Made by a program: the position numbers and the translations under genes. From NCBI RefSeq assembly GCF_001194135.2, contig NC_068989.1:61975599-62011037 (forward strand): DNA of 35,439 bases, written 5' to 3'. This document shows positions 1-9,344 of the stretch, piece after piece; position 1 is the stretch's first letter, and every line of letters begins with the position of its first letter. The notes under the pieces were generated by a model. That model had not been told where the DNA came from and did no database searches. It was given only the letters and a program-made list of their open reading frames with translations. The stretch is from Octopus bimaculoides (Eukaryota).

Positions 1-50
1 ATATATATATATATATATATATAGATATATAGATATATAGATATCAATAT
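1..50. repeat. (AT)n/(ATAG)n microsatellite
   Basis: Direct reading. Confidence 0.95.
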
Positions 51-513
51 ATGTTATAGATATAAATACACATATACACACACATATATGAGGTGGTGTG
101 AATGTGCCTATGTGTATGAATATGTGTACATAATCAGCTTATGTATGCAGCTTTGCTGTGAGATGCATCACGACCCCAATCACTTAAAGTAAACCATTGG
201 TGTGTTGAGTATACGGTTGATGTTCGTATTAACGTCTATATTAACAGAAGAGATCAATACTTATTCGTTTCGAAACAATTTTATAAATATATGTGAGCCT
301 TATAAGAGAATAAATATAACATAAATAGTTGTGTGAACGACCTTTCTATTTCTAGTTATATTATCATGCAAAAGAACAATAAAATATAACATAAACTCTA
401 TGACCAACGCACACAATAACATTAAACGGTTTGTCTTTCAAAGTCAAAAGTTTGTGAACTACAAAATATTTGATGTTAATATGAACTGACATTATATATC
501 TGAGGTAACTTAC

Positions 514-645
514 CTTGTAGTTTCCCTAGAGTTAATAACATGCAAGCCTTGCATTAATTTTTGTCTTTGGGAGAGGCAGGGAGATGGGATACATGGCATC
601 AAAGAGAGTCAGTTCGCTTTGATAACCAGAAAGTAATCTACTAAA
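514..645 (-). other. Candidate non-coding or stop-containing cassette exon in the intron after the receptor exon
   Basis: A long pyrimidine tract ends ttttcattttgcttttttctcttctAG at 647-646, and a consensus donor AAG|GTAAGT lies at 513. The exon is 132 nt with stops in all three frames; in phase 1 it reads G|TT TAG. Confidence 0.35.
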
Positions 646-1047
646 CTAGAAGAGAAAAAAGCAAAATGAAAAAGAACACGAGACAAAGAAACTGTCACAG
701 AAAGCATCATAACAGAGACTATGCTGATGTAGAAAATGGGTTGCAAAAGAACGGAAAGAAAGAACACCAGGCACGAAAATATTTTGCCACAGGCTAAACG
801 GACGGAGGTTACGCAGTTGTAGGGGAAACTAAAATGTGAGGCGCAATAATTTATTTAGCATATCATTCTCTGTGAATAGAAACTAAATCTTTTATAGCAT
901 TCCACTCATCAGCTGCAGTTTTTTTTCTGTGCCTGACTATTAGGCCTCTCAATGTATATCATATTTTTTAAATAAATATCATGGATACTTCAGAAAGCTA
1001 CTGAACAATATTTGTCGCCAAACAAAGATACATACACACACATATAT

Positions 1048-1266
1048 ACTCTTTTATTTGTTTCAGTCATTTGACTGAAGCACCGCCTTTAGTCGAGAAA
1101 ATTGACCCATGACTTATTCTTTGTAAACCTAGTACTTATATCGGTCTGTTTTGCCGAACCGCTATTTACGTAAACACACCAGCATCGGTAGTCAAGCGGT
1201 GTGTGTGTGTGTGTGTGGGGGGGGGGGCAAACACAGACACACCAACATGTACACACACATACATAA

Positions 1267-1314
<48 letters not shown>

Positions 1315-1365
1315 GTGTGTATGTGTGTGTTGTGTGTGTGGGTGTGGGTTGGTTTGACGGGACCT
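1048..1365 (-). mobile_element. SINE family B copy (3' half plus internal microsatellite)
   Basis: The reverse complement matches the block cgcttgac..ggtgtgtttacgt..gcggttcggcaaaa..gaataagtc..gactaaaggcggtgct..cagtcaaatgactgaaac also seen at 8430-8580, 10690-10885 and 24670-24800. Confidence 0.7.
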
Positions 1366-2902
1366 TCATGTGAATAAATAATGTACAAATGGATTAACCA
1401 GCAGGCATGTCACAATATTCGGTTATGTGTAAATCTATTCTATTGTTCAGATTTTACTTGTTCTAAAGAAGACGACTGAAATATGTTCTTGACATTTATT
1501 ATACCTTGCGTTAATAACTCTAAAAACTTTATGCTTTTATAAAGTATATTCAAATGGTGTTTCCCCAGGATACATTTAACTTTTTTAAATGATATATTGC
1601 AAATTCGGAAATAGTATTTTTGAAATGTTACTTACCACCACAATACATTATTCAATCATTCTAAATTCAGTGTGCTTGTGTACTTTTACTGCATGCAATT
1701 TCACGATATGAAATGGTAGTGGCTGAATCAGAAAGTATACAATCCAAATGTCTGCATGTGAGGATGTGATGCAGTTTTGTCGCAAAAAAATGTGTGGGGA
1801 GGTGTAGATAGATTGACACATAGACAGATAAATAGATAACTAAGGTAGCTTATTTCAAATAGATTTTATACATAAAGAGAGAGGAATATTTAACTACTGC
1901 GTTTATAAACACAGTATGATTAGTATAAGTTCCTGTTTACAAGAACAATAACTAATTTTTCTCTCATTTTGTAATAATAATACCAACGTACTGAACATTT
2001 TTGCATGCAGATTAATAATCAGTACCGTTTCTAACCACATGATGTATATCCCACGTTGACCAATCTTTCATTAAGAGGGCAGTCTAGAAATATTTCGCTT
2101 GAAAACATTGTGAAAATATTTGCAGTGCCATATAACATTCTACATTATACCGAAGAATTCCCAGTACCACACTATCCACGCATGTATTTAAAATTTTGCA
2201 CCACAATTTGGCTGTTTTCTGAAAATTAAATAGAAAATTATGAAATATTGGGAATGTGAGATCATTGTTAATCTCCCTGGCTGGACTTTCTTAGATATCA
2301 TCTACCATTTTGGCGCCAAAAGAAGATACTATAATTTGTTCGTCGACCTATCGACTGTTTTACAATATCATACATTGAGTTCAGCTAGTTATTCATAAAT
2401 CTTAAGTATATTATTTTTACGAAGCTCCCCCTATACAAAAATGCCGTGGTGCTTTTGTAACTGTTAGTCAAAAGTCGAAAGTGAAGTGTTACATTTGATT
2501 TTTGTTAAAACATGCCTTGTTAGAGAAACAAAAAACTTTTTGGATATATTTTATAACGCTAACAGCAGGAAGAAAGCATGCTTCCTTGCAATCAACTGTT
2601 TGTAATTTATTCTATTTATAATTCATTCATTCAATCAACAGTTTATACTTTATTCTGTCAAATGCAACTTATTAGAAATTTAAATGAATAAAGCAAAGCA
2701 AAGTTTCAGGCAATAATAAAGATCTCTACATGAAATGCATGTGAATGAGAGAAAATATTAAGGCTCTTTCATTAATCTATAGCGAGAGTCGGGTTAAAAG
2801 TATAGAAAATATAAAAAGAATAAACAGATGGTAGATAGGAAATGACAGAGAAACTAATTTACTATAATACATTTAAAAGAAAACAACTAGTAGGCGTCTT
2901 AC

Positions 2903-3000
2903 CACCATGACCAGGGCGGAATCCTTTGTTGTAATTTATTAGTAGATTATCCAAAAGTTGGGTAACTTGTTTCTTTGTAACTCCTGACACACCTGATGCA
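2903..3000 (-). CDS. Internal coding exon of a pentameric Cys-loop ligand-gated ion channel subunit (GABA-A/GlyR/GluCl-like), equivalent to exon 2
   Basis: Minus strand has the acceptor tttacttattatttcttacAG at 3002-3001 and the donor GGTG|GTAAGA at 2902. The 98-nt exon (phase 2 in, phase 1 out) translates as ASGVSGVTKKQVTQLLDNLLINYNKGFRPGHG|G. This matches the family N-terminal helix plus YDxRxRPxxG motif, and GABA-A/GlyR genes have a phase-1 intron right after RPxxG. The subtype cannot be assigned from 32 residues. Confidence 0.8.
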
Positions 3001-3440
3001 CTGTAAGAAATAATAAGTAAACGTGAAGGAAAGATTACATATTAAAATATTTAAAAAGTTTACAAATAATATAATCGGTATTTGATCTGCTACTTACAAA
3101 CTTGCATTAAGTTATTTAAGTGGAAATTATTAATTTTATAAAATATTCTCACATGGAAACTAAACATGTATTATTCGAACAACAAACACAACAACTAAGA
3201 TTTGAACTTTCATACCAATATATCAGTGTTATGCGGTTTACAATAATTAGTATTTTAATTTTATATCAGTTTTCTTTTAGCGCCTACGCTATGTAAGAAC
3301 GATCTAACCGCCTTATTTAACTTTGCATGAAGAGCGTTCATCAAGAAAAATTTAAATGTGCTACACATTGTTACATTGGTGGAGTAAGTGGAAATGACAA
3401 ACAGCTATCAGTGTACGTAGAGCATTTAATATTGCACATA

Positions 3441-3581
3441 AGTTTCCAGTACCGTCGAGGTCGAATGTGCATTTCGTCTCTTCAGGTTCTTTGAAATAGG
3501 GATCAGTTGAACACCGGGGTAAATGAAAACGACTTATTCCTCCCCAGAAATTTCTAGCCCTGTGCCAAAATTAAATTCAAC
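3441..3581 (+). mobile_element. Decayed 5'-truncated SINE family A copy
   Basis: ccgtcgaggtcga..cagttgaacaccggggt..cgactt..aaatttctagccctgtgccaaaatt aligns by eye with the copies at 6147, 11382 and 15170. Confidence 0.55.
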
Positions 3582-4289
3582 TAGGTGCACATGTAATACA
3601 CATTAAATACAAGTGGTTTCACATGGAAATTAAATATTAATTATTCAACCATACATTCAAAAGAACATTAGGAATTAGTCGACTCTAAATTACCTTCCAG
3701 AAAGGAACGACAAATCTCTTTAAGAGAAGATGACCGTATTGCATCTTATTATGCCAGATTCCCTGACTTCTAAGTGAAATCAACAATGACCATTGATGTA
3801 TTATTTAACCTTACATGGAGAATTGTATTCCATGAGAAACTACTTGTATTTCATATTCGCAGAGGACTAGCAATTTCTGGCTAGAATCAGTTGAGCACCA
3901 TCTGTGAGCCACTTCCTTTTTATGGAGCAAAAGTGAGAACATAAGCTGGAAACCCGAACTTGGCCACGTCTGTTATCAGTCCCTCCTAGCTAAAACTCCA
4001 TTAACATTAACTTTGGTTATTTAGAAAAGAAGCACCTTCTTCTCGATCTAACAAACAACATTCACATACATGTATGTGTATGTGTGCATGTGAGTATTTA
4101 GAACCCTACGCATACCAATATGAATTTTTTCTATTGGCTATTAATGCCTTAGAACATTACAATTGTTACCTCAATTCCACACACTTATCACCAGTTTTAA
4201 AATTTGTAATTTAGCAGTTTTATTATGTATTCAATTTTTTGCCTTAGTATTTTTTTTCATAGACACCACATACTTCTTCATTTCTAATT

Positions 4290-4760
4290 CACGTCAAATA
4301 GGCCTGGAGCTCACCCACCTCGCCTACACGACTTCCGCTCTAATAGACTCCACTACACTCCCATGGTACACACTTCCGCGTTTGTATCACCCGCCCCAGA
4401 AAAAAGCCGAACCACATATCATACACCTGATTCTATCCCTGCATCACTACACGGATACCCCAACCCTACATGCACATATTAGTCCCTCTCGTACATTGGG
4501 AAGACCACTAGGAGTTTACCGAAGAGTTCAAACGTCCACTGGAGTGAATATAAGGACGAGAAGCGCACCAACATAGTGGCGCGCTGAGCCGAACTGACAT
4601 CATTGTTGTGTCCAAACACCAAAAAGACCCATGACTTAGAAAAATACTCATAAATGAGACTTTACCCTTACTAAATAGGCAATACACGTCGGAAGTAGAG
4701 ATACCTCAAGGCTACTGATACTAGCAAGGCAGCGTGAATCCATAGTCACATTCGTATGTA
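4290..4760. promoter_or_regulatory. GC-richer island with promoter-type motifs around the candidate first exon
   Basis: Three CGGAAGT (ETS-type core) sites at 4331-4337 (-), 4372-4378 (-) and 4690-4696 (+). One GC box, CCCGCCCC, at 4390-4397. Visibly more CpG than the flanks. Function is inferred. Confidence 0.3.
4705..4751 (-). CDS. Candidate first coding exon (signal peptide) of the Cys-loop subunit, with an in-frame TGA at codon 2
   Basis: Reads atg tga cta tgg att cac gct gcc ttg cta gta tca gta gcc ttg ag|GTATCT = M*LWIHAALLVSVAL plus a phase-2 AG. Joined to the exon at 3000 it gives AG|T = Ser and M*LWIHAALLVSVALSASGVSG-VTKKQ, a well-formed signal peptide. The donor is only moderate and the stop codon is unexplained. 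Confidence 0.4.
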
Positions 4761-4951
4761 GGCAGTCAAGTAGATAATTTGGTAGGTAGATAGGGGGGGA
4801 GATGGGTATGCATAGATAGGTAGATAACAAGATAGATAGCTAGAAAGGTAGATAAATAGGTATTAGACAGAATGTACGTACACACGCAAAATCATACATA
4901 TATCCGTGGAGACAGAAACACACGACCATACACTCTCACGCCTCTCAACGC

Positions 4952-4954
<3 letters not shown>

Positions 4955-5002
<48 letters not shown>
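4955..5002. repeat. (CA)n microsatellite within a longer CA-rich tract (about 4880-5200)
   Basis: Direct reading. Confidence 0.95.
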
Positions 5003-5003
<1 letters not shown>

Positions 5004-6146
5004 CCAAGCAGGCATTAAGCACACGGGCACACACATCATGTATATGCACGTACACACACATACTTCTATAGGCACACAGGTGCACAGACACACAAACTCA
5101 CATGCACAGACACACACACAAATACGGACGAACGTATACGGAATCCGAAGTACACACACACAAAAAAAAACACACACACACACTCATATACATGCACAAA
5201 TACATGAGCTAACTCCGATATCTTATGAGAGGATATTAGTGAACTTTCAAATGCACCTTTTCATTTTGTTGATTTTCCTAGATTTAAAGTGACGGAAATA
5301 TTTGTTAGCCAAGCGTTATTTTGCAGCACTTACTAGTTTGTATAATCGACTTCTCCGTTTATAGAATTCCAAGTGCAATAACGTGAAATATAAGTTAGTT
5401 AAGATAAAAATAATATCCGATGTTGCGCGCTAATACCTATCAACATTTCTCTCTCCTTTAAAACTGTGGTGCTTCTTCAACAACATTCTAATCTAGGACT
5501 TCTAAGGCACGATGTTATATATTTATCTCTCAAACTTTATATAACGGATTATCGTAAACAGCAAAACCAAAGATACATCAAAGGTTAACTGCATATCAGT
5601 AATGTAATGATGTAGAACGTTTCTTGATGTCTATTAACTATTATGTTTTGTTTTTGAAAGTCTACTTTTAAAGAACTAGCACGTGTGTGTGCTTTTGTTT
5701 GAGTGGTCAGTGTGCGTATGTATGAGTGCGTGCGTGCCTGTATATGTCTGTTTGTATATGTGTGTATGCGTATGTGCGTGCGTATTTGTATATGCATGTT
5801 TGTGCCTCTGTACATGTCTGTGTGTGTGTGTGCTTCTGGGTTTGCGCGTGCGTGTCCGCGCGCGAGCGTGCCTCCGTGTAATACAACTGGATTCGGAGAA
5901 AAAGCGGAAGGCACAGTAAGTCGAACAGCTGACGAACGGGCTTAAACGTCACACATTTATCAAATTACGATGTGATTATGCATCATGACTGTACAGGATA
6001 CACTGACAGTAATATGTTGGCTGCTGAATTTCTATGAGAATTTTTATGTCATCTACTATGTCATCCATCATTACGTATACGTTTAATGGATTTTGTTTTG
6101 TGTACAAGAGTTGAGTTTGCGACGTCTACAAAATGGCCAGTATAAT

Positions 6147-6362
6147 ACTTTCTACTTTAGGCACGAGGCCTCAAATTTGTCAGGAGGGGACTAGTCGATC
6201 ACATCGACCACAATGTCTCACTGGTACTTAATTTTATCGACTCCAAAAGGATGAAAGGCAAAGTCGACCTCGGCGGAATTCGAACTCAGAACGTAAAGAC
6301 AGACGAAATACTGCTAAGCATTTTTCCCCGGCGTGCTAACGTTTCTGCCAGCTCGCCACCTT
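6147..6362 (-). mobile_element. Full-length tRNA-derived SINE family A with 15-bp TSD
   Basis: The sense strand has A-box-like TGGCAGAAACGTT and B-box-like GAGTTCGAATTCC. Flanked by aatggccagtataat (6132-6146) and aatggccagaataat (6363-6377), one mismatch. Confidence 0.9.
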
Positions 6363-8011
6363 AATGGCCAGAATAATTGTACAGGTATATATTTGCTCGC
6401 GTGCACGTGTATGTGTGTGAGTTCACCGTACATATTTTAGATGCAACTGCATCGGATTTACTGATCTAACATGAAGTAAATTCTGAAAAAGCTGTTAACC
6501 TACGGAATCAACAAACTTTCTTTGAATTTCACATCTAATTTACCTGTGTAAACACACACATACAAACACAGATATACACATATATTTGTATGTAAGTATG
6601 TATATATGTATATATTTATGTATGCATGTATGTCATACAATACTCGCGGGTGAATTGTAAGAAAGAATATTTGCCATAAATGTTTAATATTTATAGCGCT
6701 GTTGAAATATGTAGACCGTTTTGGTTAGGGTTAGTGTTCGGGAGTGTGTAATGCCTATGGCGTACTACTTAATCTCACGTAGAAACAATGGAAGAAATTA
6801 GATTTTCTTTGATGCGGCCAAGAAATATATAGATTTCCAAATGATATGAAAATTGTTTCACTTTTGGTTTAAACTGCAGTATACATTTCCAACCTTTTCA
6901 AACATATTTTGTGCATACAAGGCAGTCAGTTTCTAGCATGATAGAAAATTAGAGTATTATGTAAAACGCTTTTGCTTTTCTACATTTGAAATTATAAAAC
7001 AAAAAGAATAGACAAAATTTAATCTTCATAATATCTTTGAAGCTGATATTTTATATAGACAAATATAAGAAACATAACATTATTCCCCTGGGAGCAATCT
7101 CTAAATTTATGACTATTTCTAATAAAAAAAAATGATTAATAAATGCCATTTAGTATATAATTATATTTTTTTTTTGGAAACGAATGTATTCTATATATTT
7201 ATTACATTTTTTACTCTATAGTTTAATCCTTTAAAACTATCAAACTTATTTATAATTATTGCAAAGAATAATCATCAATATATATTTAAGAAAAAACATT
7301 TCTGTCGCGCCTTGAAGCTTTCAATGGCAAATATTGAGAAATATTACGCTAAATCAATATGATATTCGGAAGTTGAAGTTTTCCGGTTTTTGCAAGTAAA
7401 TGCGTAATCAAGGCTTCAGGATTTAACAAAGCTTAATGTTTGACATGTTAAACCTGTCTTTCTCGTTATGCAACTTGACATGCTGACTTAAAATAAAAGC
7501 GCTATTATCGATTAAATGCATGAATTGTGTTCCATTTGTAATTTTCGTTTTACTTTCAACCCGTTATATGTGTGTGTATTCTTTTTTGAATTAATGTTAT
7601 CCGTTTTTATTTGAAAGTAAAATTTACAACAATGTCAATCAATTGTGCTTGAAAACAGCTTTATAGAGCTGATAGTTTTATTCTTCACTTATCCTCTAAT
7701 TATCTATATTGAATCGTACAATCAGTCCATATAGAAACACGGAAGACATTAATATTAATGATAAGGATGAGTCTATTTATTTCTTTAGGCTGGGTAATTA
7801 TTACTACGTCATTAAATATACTTTTTCTATGTGATTTACATATTGTATGTATTTTGTAAAATTTTTTTCTATACACGAACATTTTAACTTGGGCATATTC
7901 ATGCAGACATACATTTAAAAGCCATAAATATATACATGAGTGTGTATGTATAAATATGAGAAAGTGTGCGCGCATTTTTATATATATATATATATATATA
8001 TACACAACTTA

Positions 8012-8152
8012 GCAGCTTAGTTAGGCGATTGCTTCCCAATCATACAGTCCGCGTTCAGTCCCACTGCGTGGTACGGGCAGCTGTCTTCTACTATAGTTTC
8101 CACCAAAGCTTTGTGAGTGGATTTGGCAGACGGAAAATGAAAGAAGCGCGTC

Positions 8153-8206
<54 letters not shown>

Positions 8207-8578
8207 GAACTTTATAGAAAAACAAAAGACGATGACAGTTGTATGAACAACAAGCAAGTGTATTAGTTTGGCGCTCAGGCAAGTGAAAATGTGTTTTACG
8301 TTTCGAGTCTCTCCTCTTCAACTGAAAGAAGAATAGAAAGAGAATAAGAAAAATAACTTGTCCAGCAAGGCGAATATATGTATATGTGTGGGTGTGGGTG
8401 GGTGTATGTGTGTGTTTGAATGCCTGTTGTCCCCACCATCACTTGACAACCGATCTTGGTGTGTTTTCGTCCCCGTAACTTAACGTTTCAGTTAAGAATT
8501 AGTCCTGGGTTCGATTCGTCCGACTAAAGGCGATGCTCCAAAATAGCCGCAGTCAAATAACTGAAAAACGTACGAGAG

Positions 8579-8580
<2 letters not shown>
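8012..8580 (+). mobile_element. SINE family B copy interrupted in its internal microsatellite
   Basis: A tRNA-like head (gcttcccaatcat..gttcagtcccactgcgtgg..tcttctactatag..gaaagaagcgcgtcg) is followed by (AT)n, a ~170-bp insert, (GT)-rich sequence, and then the 3' block shared with 1048 and 10686. Confidence 0.75.
8204..8373. mobile_element. Probable Penelope-like terminal-repeat fragment inserted in (AT)n
   Basis: The insert is unrelated to the SINE. Its minus strand carries CAGTTGA-A-GAG-gagaga-CTC-GAAAC-GT (about 8298-8324), resembling the minimal hammerhead motif of Penelope-like elements with two core mismatches. Confidence 0.4.
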
Positions 8581-8615
<35 letters not shown>

Positions 8616-8619
<4 letters not shown>

Positions 8620-8797
8620 TTAAGGTCCTCAGAAATCTGGATGTTTGTACCTTTACAGATTTTTATTAATGTCACATATTAAATAAAGCGCTTTTGAAAA
8701 TCCTACACGACTAGGTGAAAAGCGCTTTATTTAATATGTGACATTAATAAAAATCTGTAAATGTACAAACATCCAGATTTCTGAGGACCTTAAATTT
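8616..8797. repeat. Near-perfect inverted repeat, 76-bp arms and 22-bp spacer
   Basis: 8620-8695 is the reverse complement of 8718-8793 with one mismatch, extending to 8616/8797 with one more. The spacer is gaaaatcctacacgactaggtg. (AT)n tracts lie on both sides (8581-8614 and about 8838-8868). Confidence 0.95.
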
Positions 8798-8832
8798 GTT
8801 CTATATAATTTCTGTACATCACCTCCAAACCC

Positions 8833-8876
<44 letters not shown>

Positions 8877-8899
8877 TCATTACGTACCTATATATATAA

Positions 8900-8933
<34 letters not shown>

Positions 8934-9344
8934 TGTTTGCATATCAGTTACTTGGAAATAATGCAGAATAAATTTTTTCACACCAAATTATATGATTGTA
9001 ATTACCATATAAAGAACTATTTGATATTTCAAGAAAATAACGGTGATCATTTATTCGAAGAAATTCACCATTTCAGGCTCAGTTCAAGTTGGTACTTATT
9101 TTTATAAGGAAACACTGGATCCGCGTTTCATTACTAAAACCTAAATAAATAAAATACGAAAGATCTCTTTTGTTTTCAGTCGTAGGATATAAAGCTTTAT
9201 CTTATATGATGTGTCATTTACTATGACGGTTGGGTGTGGTTTTACTACAATTTCTTTGTTATTTCTTTCATGGATTGCAACTACAAATAGGTCCACTCAG
9301 TCGTTGAAATTTGGACAGACTGAAATTGGTATTGTTTATGTCAA

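Noticed and set aside
980-1000. Minus-strand LSEVSM resembling the end of receptor exon 3
   Set aside because: It is preceded by an in-frame TAG and not followed by a GT donor. Exon 3 is probably outside the window.
3187-3213. Minus-strand MKVQILVVVFVVRIIHV* as the receptor signal peptide
   Set aside because: It ends in TAG, and the only phase-2 GT (gt|gtttgt) is a poor donor.
4664-4743. Strong-context ATG frame MDSRCLASISSLEVSLLPTCIAYLVR as exon 1
   Set aside because: Its donors are all phase 0, incompatible with the phase-2 acceptor at 3001 unless an unseen intervening exon exists. Kept only as a caveat.
4746-4748. Selenocysteine reading of the codon-2 UGA
   Set aside because: It needs a 3' UTR SECIS that lies outside the window, and Sec in a cleaved signal peptide has no obvious rationale.
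6720-6741. GGTTAGGGTTAG as an interstitial telomeric repeat
   Set aside because: Fewer than two full TTAGGG units, too short to call.
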